From Centroscyllium fabricii (lineage: Eukaryota): DNA of 64,000 nt. The translations under genes and the position numbers were made by a program. The notes under the pieces are model-generated. The model saw only the letters and a list, made by a program, of their open reading frames with translations. It was not told where the DNA came from and ran no database searches. Shown piece by piece: positions 59,581-64,000 of the stretch (position 1 is the first letter of the stretch; every line of letters begins with the position of its first letter). The DNA lies in contig JBNRSN020000030.1 of NCBI GenBank assembly GCA_051313645.2, positions 27,342,001-27,406,000 of the forward strand, written 5' to 3'.

Positions 59581-61722
59581 AAGGCTTTTAGTAACTATAT
59601 TAATGGAGTGTGTCCAGCTGAGCTCGGGTCTGTACTGACTGGGGGATGGTAGGCAATTACCTGTAAACCTCGACTCAGCGGAGGTGTCAGATGTGGGTCA
59701 GCTGAGGCAGGCTCCTGCATACCGATATCTACATATGTACAGTGGTGCATTATGGTACCGTTACAGTGGTACAATACAGTGGTGGAATACAGGTTTACCA
59801 CATTAACCCCTTCTTTAAAAATGAGTCCGGCGGGATGAACATGCGCTAACACAGTTGGCAATTTAACATTGTGTGATCAGTCTCTCGGGTGGCCGTGTCT
59901 GCCTGAGGGACCGACGGGGTGCTGGTGATGGTGGTCCTGCTCGCTGGGTCGGGGTCATCTCGTCAGCCAGTGGTGGCAGTGGTGCGATGTCCGACCTCTG
60001 GTTGTCGGCTGTTGATGTCGAGGGCCCCGGTGTGTGTGTGTATGGGGGCCAGTGTTCGGTGGGTGGTGGCTGGTGGAGCTGAGGCTCAACCGGGGGTTCG
60101 TTGTTCACCTTAGAACAGAGAAGATTGCGAGGAGATCAGATGGAGTTCTTCAAATTCATGAGGGGTCTATGCAGGGCCGTGTCCTCCTCCCAACGACCTT
60201 CAGCTGGTTCAGCAATGACCTTGCTTCCAAAATAATTACAAAACTGGTGATGTCCGCTTAAGATTGCACCGAAGGGAATGCAATGGATGTTGTCGACAAG
60301 GATTTTAATAAGGCGTTTGACAAATTACCACAAATTACCACATAGAAGTCTGGCTAACAAAACTGAGACACATGGAATAGGTGGGTCAGTGGCAGCTTGA
60401 TTACGGAAATTGGCTTAAGAATAGAAAACAGCGAGTTGTGGTTAATGACGGTTTATCGCACTCGATGATGGTAGACAGTGTTGTTCTCAAATTGTCAGTG
60501 CTGGTGTCATGACTTTCGTGATATATATAAGTGGCCTGGATATTGGAATACAGAGTATAATTTATAAATATGTCGACAGCCCCAAACTTGGGGGTGTATC
60601 ACACAGTGAGGATAATACCAATCGACTGCAGCAGGTCACAGAAAGGCTCGCGGAATGGTAGACACTTGGCAGATGGAATTTACTACAGAGAAGTGTGAGA
60701 TGATGAATTTTGTCAGAAGAAACAGTGAGAGGCAACATACACATAATGGAACCGTTTTAAAGAGTGTGCAGGGACAGATGTACCTGGGAGGTTTTGTGCA
60801 TAGGTCCTTGAAGGTGGCAGGACATTTGGAGAGAGCGGTTAACAAAACTTAAGGGATCTTGGTCTTCATAAATAGCGGTATTGTGTACAAAAGCAGAGAA
60901 GTTATACTGAACCTTTATAAGCACAGGTCAGGCCGCAACTAGATTACTGCTTCCAGATCTGCTCCCCACACTTTAGGAAGGATGTGAAGGACCTCAGAGG
61001 GTACAGTGAAGATTTACCAGAATAATCGCTGTGATGGGGTATCTTAGATACAAGGACAGGCTGAGTATCTGCATATGTTTTCATTACCACATCAACTTGT
61101 ATTTACATAGCGCCTTTAACAATATAAACGTCCCAAGGCGCGGCACAGGATTATTTTAAGACAAAGGAGCTTATTTGATAGAGGTTTGCTACATTATGAT
61201 GAGTTTGGATAGGCTAGCCGGGGAAATGCCGGTCCCACTAGTTGATAATAAAAGAACATGGGACCCAGATTTAAGGTATTGGGCAAGAGGTACAGGGGGG
61301 AAGTTAGGAAAACTTGTTTTACATTTCCATCAGCCCTGTGTTGAAAGTGGACATTTTTCCCAAGTCTAGCAGCTATCACGTTGGCGCGATGCTTTTGTTG
61401 GAACTTGCATGTCGTGTGGCGAGTTTACTCCAATGCGAAAATGTGTTTCATTTTGCAAATGTAAGTTATTGGTTCACTGTTGGTTATTAAATCAATTCTC
61501 ATTTTATCACGTCAGATGCTTCCTGTTAACTTGATACAATTACTGCACATTAATTGACTAAAAACGGTGAGACCTAATAAATTCCATAACAGGGAAGCGG
61601 ATCCGGGCGTCAGTTCTGATATGAATGGGTTGCGAATCGTTTAAAGTTGCCCTCTAAATATATCGCACTGCTAAATTAAAATCACGGGTACAATTTGTGT
61701 CGGTGTAAAAGAAAATGAAAAT

Positions 61723-61813
61723 AAAAACGCCTGACAGCGCCCGCGTTGCGACAGGGCTCGAACATAGAATTAAGTTGATGCTGGGAAGTAACCGTTGAGC
61801 TAAAGCTGACGTC
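61723..61813 (-). ncRNA. VTRNA: Vault RNA gene, unit 5 copy a (A-box substitution)
   Basis: TAGCTCAACGGTTACTTC; otherwise as 50333. Confidence 0.84.
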
Positions 61814-62346
61814 GATCAGCGATTGAGAAACCGCTCAATATAAAGAATGAGCTCACAAATATCAGGGCCAGTGCAGTCTGGTCAACTCAAGCCCCTCCTT
61901 TCTTACTCAACAGAGGAACAAGAGACATGAGCGGGAGTCAGACGACACAAACTGTAATTAAAGGCACAAATACGACTAACACTTACTTCCAAATCTTTTC
62001 ACTGTAAAATAATTTCACCCGAATTTAAAACTGAATTCGTTCAATCTGAAATTCAGCACAATGGGATATTATGTTCACAACCGATTCAATTTTCTCTACA
62101 AATAGAAATAGCTGTTCCTGTTAAATTTGTCCAAAGTTGCCCAGATTCCAGGTATCATCAGCAATGCACATCTTTAAACGAGACTTCTAAATTACAGTTT
62201 GTAAAATGAGATATGGGCCAAAGTACAAATGATTGAAATGTCGAATCTCCCTCAGTTAGCATTTCTTTCATTGTGCAAAAGAAGATTATTGGTTAATTAA
62301 TGTTGCTTTCCCGTGAAAGCAACATTAAAGTTTAACAAAATGCTTT

Positions 62347-62419
62347 CGCCCAATATGGGGCTGGAAACAACGAACATGACATTAAGAGTCTCACACTCTG
62401 CCGACTGAGCTCGCCGGGT
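62347..62419 (-). pseudogene. tRNA-Lys(CTT) pseudogene, copy a
   Basis: Homologous to 18937. Confidence 0.78.
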
Positions 62420-62669
62420 CTGACCTCTTTGAACGTCTTTGTCGCTGGTTGCAGCCAGGCGTCTGCTAACTCAGTTCCAGATGTTTAACTTGTTCCGCAA
62501 ACCAAAAACCAGGTGATATCAAATTAATTCCCTAACAGGGAATCGAACCCGGGAGTCATTTCTGATATGAATGGGTTTCGAAATGTTTAAGGTTGTATTC
62601 TAAGAATATCACACTGCTGAACTAAAATCACGGGTACAATATTGTTTCGGTCTAAAAGAAAATGAAAAT

Positions 62670-62760
62670 ATAAACGTCAGACAGCGCCCGCGGTGCGACA
62701 GGGTTCGAACTTACAATGAAGTTGATGCTGTGAAGTAACCGCTGAGCTAAAGCTGACGTC
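62670..62760 (-). ncRNA. VTRNA: Vault RNA gene, unit 5 copy b
   Basis: 5' motif intact, AGTTCGAACC, CCGCGGGCGCTGTCTGACG (fully Watson-Crick terminal stem with CGTCAG). Confidence 0.88.
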
Positions 62761-63292
62761 GATCAACAAGCGAAAAACCGCTCAATATAAAGGATGAGCT
62801 GACAAATATCAGGGCCAGTGCAGTCTGGTCAAACTCAAGACCCTCCTTTCTTACTCAACAGAGGAACCAGTGACATGAACGGGGGCCAGACGCCACAAAC
62901 TTTAATTAATGGCACAAATACGAGTAACACATACAGCCAAATGTTTTCACTGTAAAATTATCTCACTCTATTTCAAAGCTGATTGCGTTGAATCTGAAGT
63001 TCAGCGCAGTGTGATTATATATTCACTTCCGATTCTATTTTCTGTAAAAGTAGAAATAATAGGTCCAGTTAAATTTGACCAAAAATGCCCAGATTCCTGG
63101 TGTCATCAGCAATGCACATTGTTAAACCAGACTCCTGAGTTACAGTGTGTAAAATGAGATATGATCAGAGTACAGGTTATTGACCTCTCGTTCCTCACTG
63201 AGTTTGTATTTATTTCATTGTGCAATAGGATAATATTTTTAATTAATGATGCTTTCCCGTGAAAGTTACATAAAAGGTTAACACAATGCTTT

Positions 63293-63365
63293 CGGCCAAC
63301 GTGGGGTTCGAACCAACGAAACTGAAATTAAGTGCCACACACTCTGCCGCCTGAACCCACCGGGT
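63293..63365 (-). pseudogene. tRNA-Lys-derived pseudogene, copy b
   Basis: Homologous to 19879. Confidence 0.72.
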
Positions 63366-64000
63366 CTGACTAATTTGAACTTCTTCGTCGCTGTTTGTAC
63401 CCAGGCACCTGGCGGCTCCGCGCGAAGTGTTTAACCTGCTCTGCAAACCACGACCCAGATTCTCCTGAATCACACGGTGTGTACGGAAATCAAGTATCAA
63501 AAGCCCCTTCATTAATCGCAGGGCTTCAGGCAATGTCCTCATCGCAAAGCGCTTTCAGACAGCAAACTACGGCAGTCCAATGATGTGCTGGTTAAGTTGA
63601 TTGGCCTAGGATAAATTGACCCTTAGTGTTAGAGGGATTGAATATGTGGGGTTACGGGGATAGGGTGGGATATGTGTCGGTGCAGGCTCGATAGGGATCG
63701 AGTGATATGGGGACAAGGCAGGTACAGGGTGCTGGGTTTGGATGATCAGCCATGATCTCATTGAATGGCGGAGCAGGCTCGAATGGCCGATTGGCCTACT
63801 CCTGCTCCTATCTTCTATGTTTCTATGTTTCTATCTATCCAGCAATCTGAGAGGCAGAGTTCTCATCTTCAGTTTCTTCAGGTAATCCACTCCCCACGTA
63901 ATTACCTTCTTTATTAGGGGCTATGGGTAGAACCAAGTCTTGAGAGAGGACAGGTGGTCTGGTAATATCAGCAATCTTTATAAACCCCATATATGCTCCT

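Larger units (their letters stand above)
13700..64000. repeat. Tandem macro-repeat of Pol III genes, ~5 units of 10.3 kb (11.4 kb with LINE insertion)
   Basis: First tRNA-Gln recurs at 15255, 25587, 35896, 46227, 57628 (spacings 10332, 10309, 10331, 11401). First vault copy recurs at 18312, 28624, 38973, 50333, 61723. Related but more diverged partial units occupy ~840-13700. Confidence 0.97.

Noticed and set aside
44200-61500. The two LINE-bearing units as a pure assembly duplication
   Set aside because: They differ at many scattered sites (LINE codons, Gln anticodon TTA vs TTG, 48851 insertion), which fits real paralogous units better. Spanning reads would confirm.
5782-63583. The many 60-170 aa ORFs recurring in each unit as host protein genes
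   Set aside because: They are CR1/HE1/LTR fragments, antisense readings of tRNA genes or spacer. Stops and frameshifts differ between units, and recurrence only reflects the tandem repeat.
13700-64000. CRISPR array or prokaryotic system
   Set aside because: No short repeat-spacer structure or cas-like ORFs; the content is vertebrate tRNAs and retroelements.

Overview
Eukaryotic, almost certainly elasmobranch (shark/ray) genomic DNA, judged from HE1-type V-SINEs, CR1 LINE fragments and L2/SacSINE-type tails. I find no host protein-coding gene. The window is a tandem macro-repeat of RNA polymerase III genes. About five homogenised units (period ~10.3 kb, or ~11.4 kb where a LINE has inserted) run from ~13.7 kb to the end, preceded by more diverged partial units. 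Each unit carries tRNA-Val (+), two tRNA-Gln (+), two ~947-bp modules each holding a vault RNA gene and a dead tRNA-Lys (-), and a tRNA-Trp (-), separated by transposon debris. The least expected signal is 11 vault RNA gene copies co-amplified with tRNA genes. Each has the vertebrate GCTTTAGCTCAGCGGTTACTTC / CGCGGGCGCT motifs, a terminal stem, a T-run terminator and an upstream TATA-like box. The tRNA copies show birth-and-death decay, including anticodon switches (Val body with TGC; Gln body with TTA) and a compensatory acceptor-stem variant of tRNA-Trp. Also present are a full-length but inactivated Gypsy LTR retrotransposon (1239-5645) primed by tRNA-Trp, a young 5'-truncated Ingi/Vingi-like LINE in two adjacent units, and solo/partial LTRs. 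Family names come from recognition and recalled consensus sequences, not database searches. Coordinates were counted by hand, and TE fragment boundaries are approximate.
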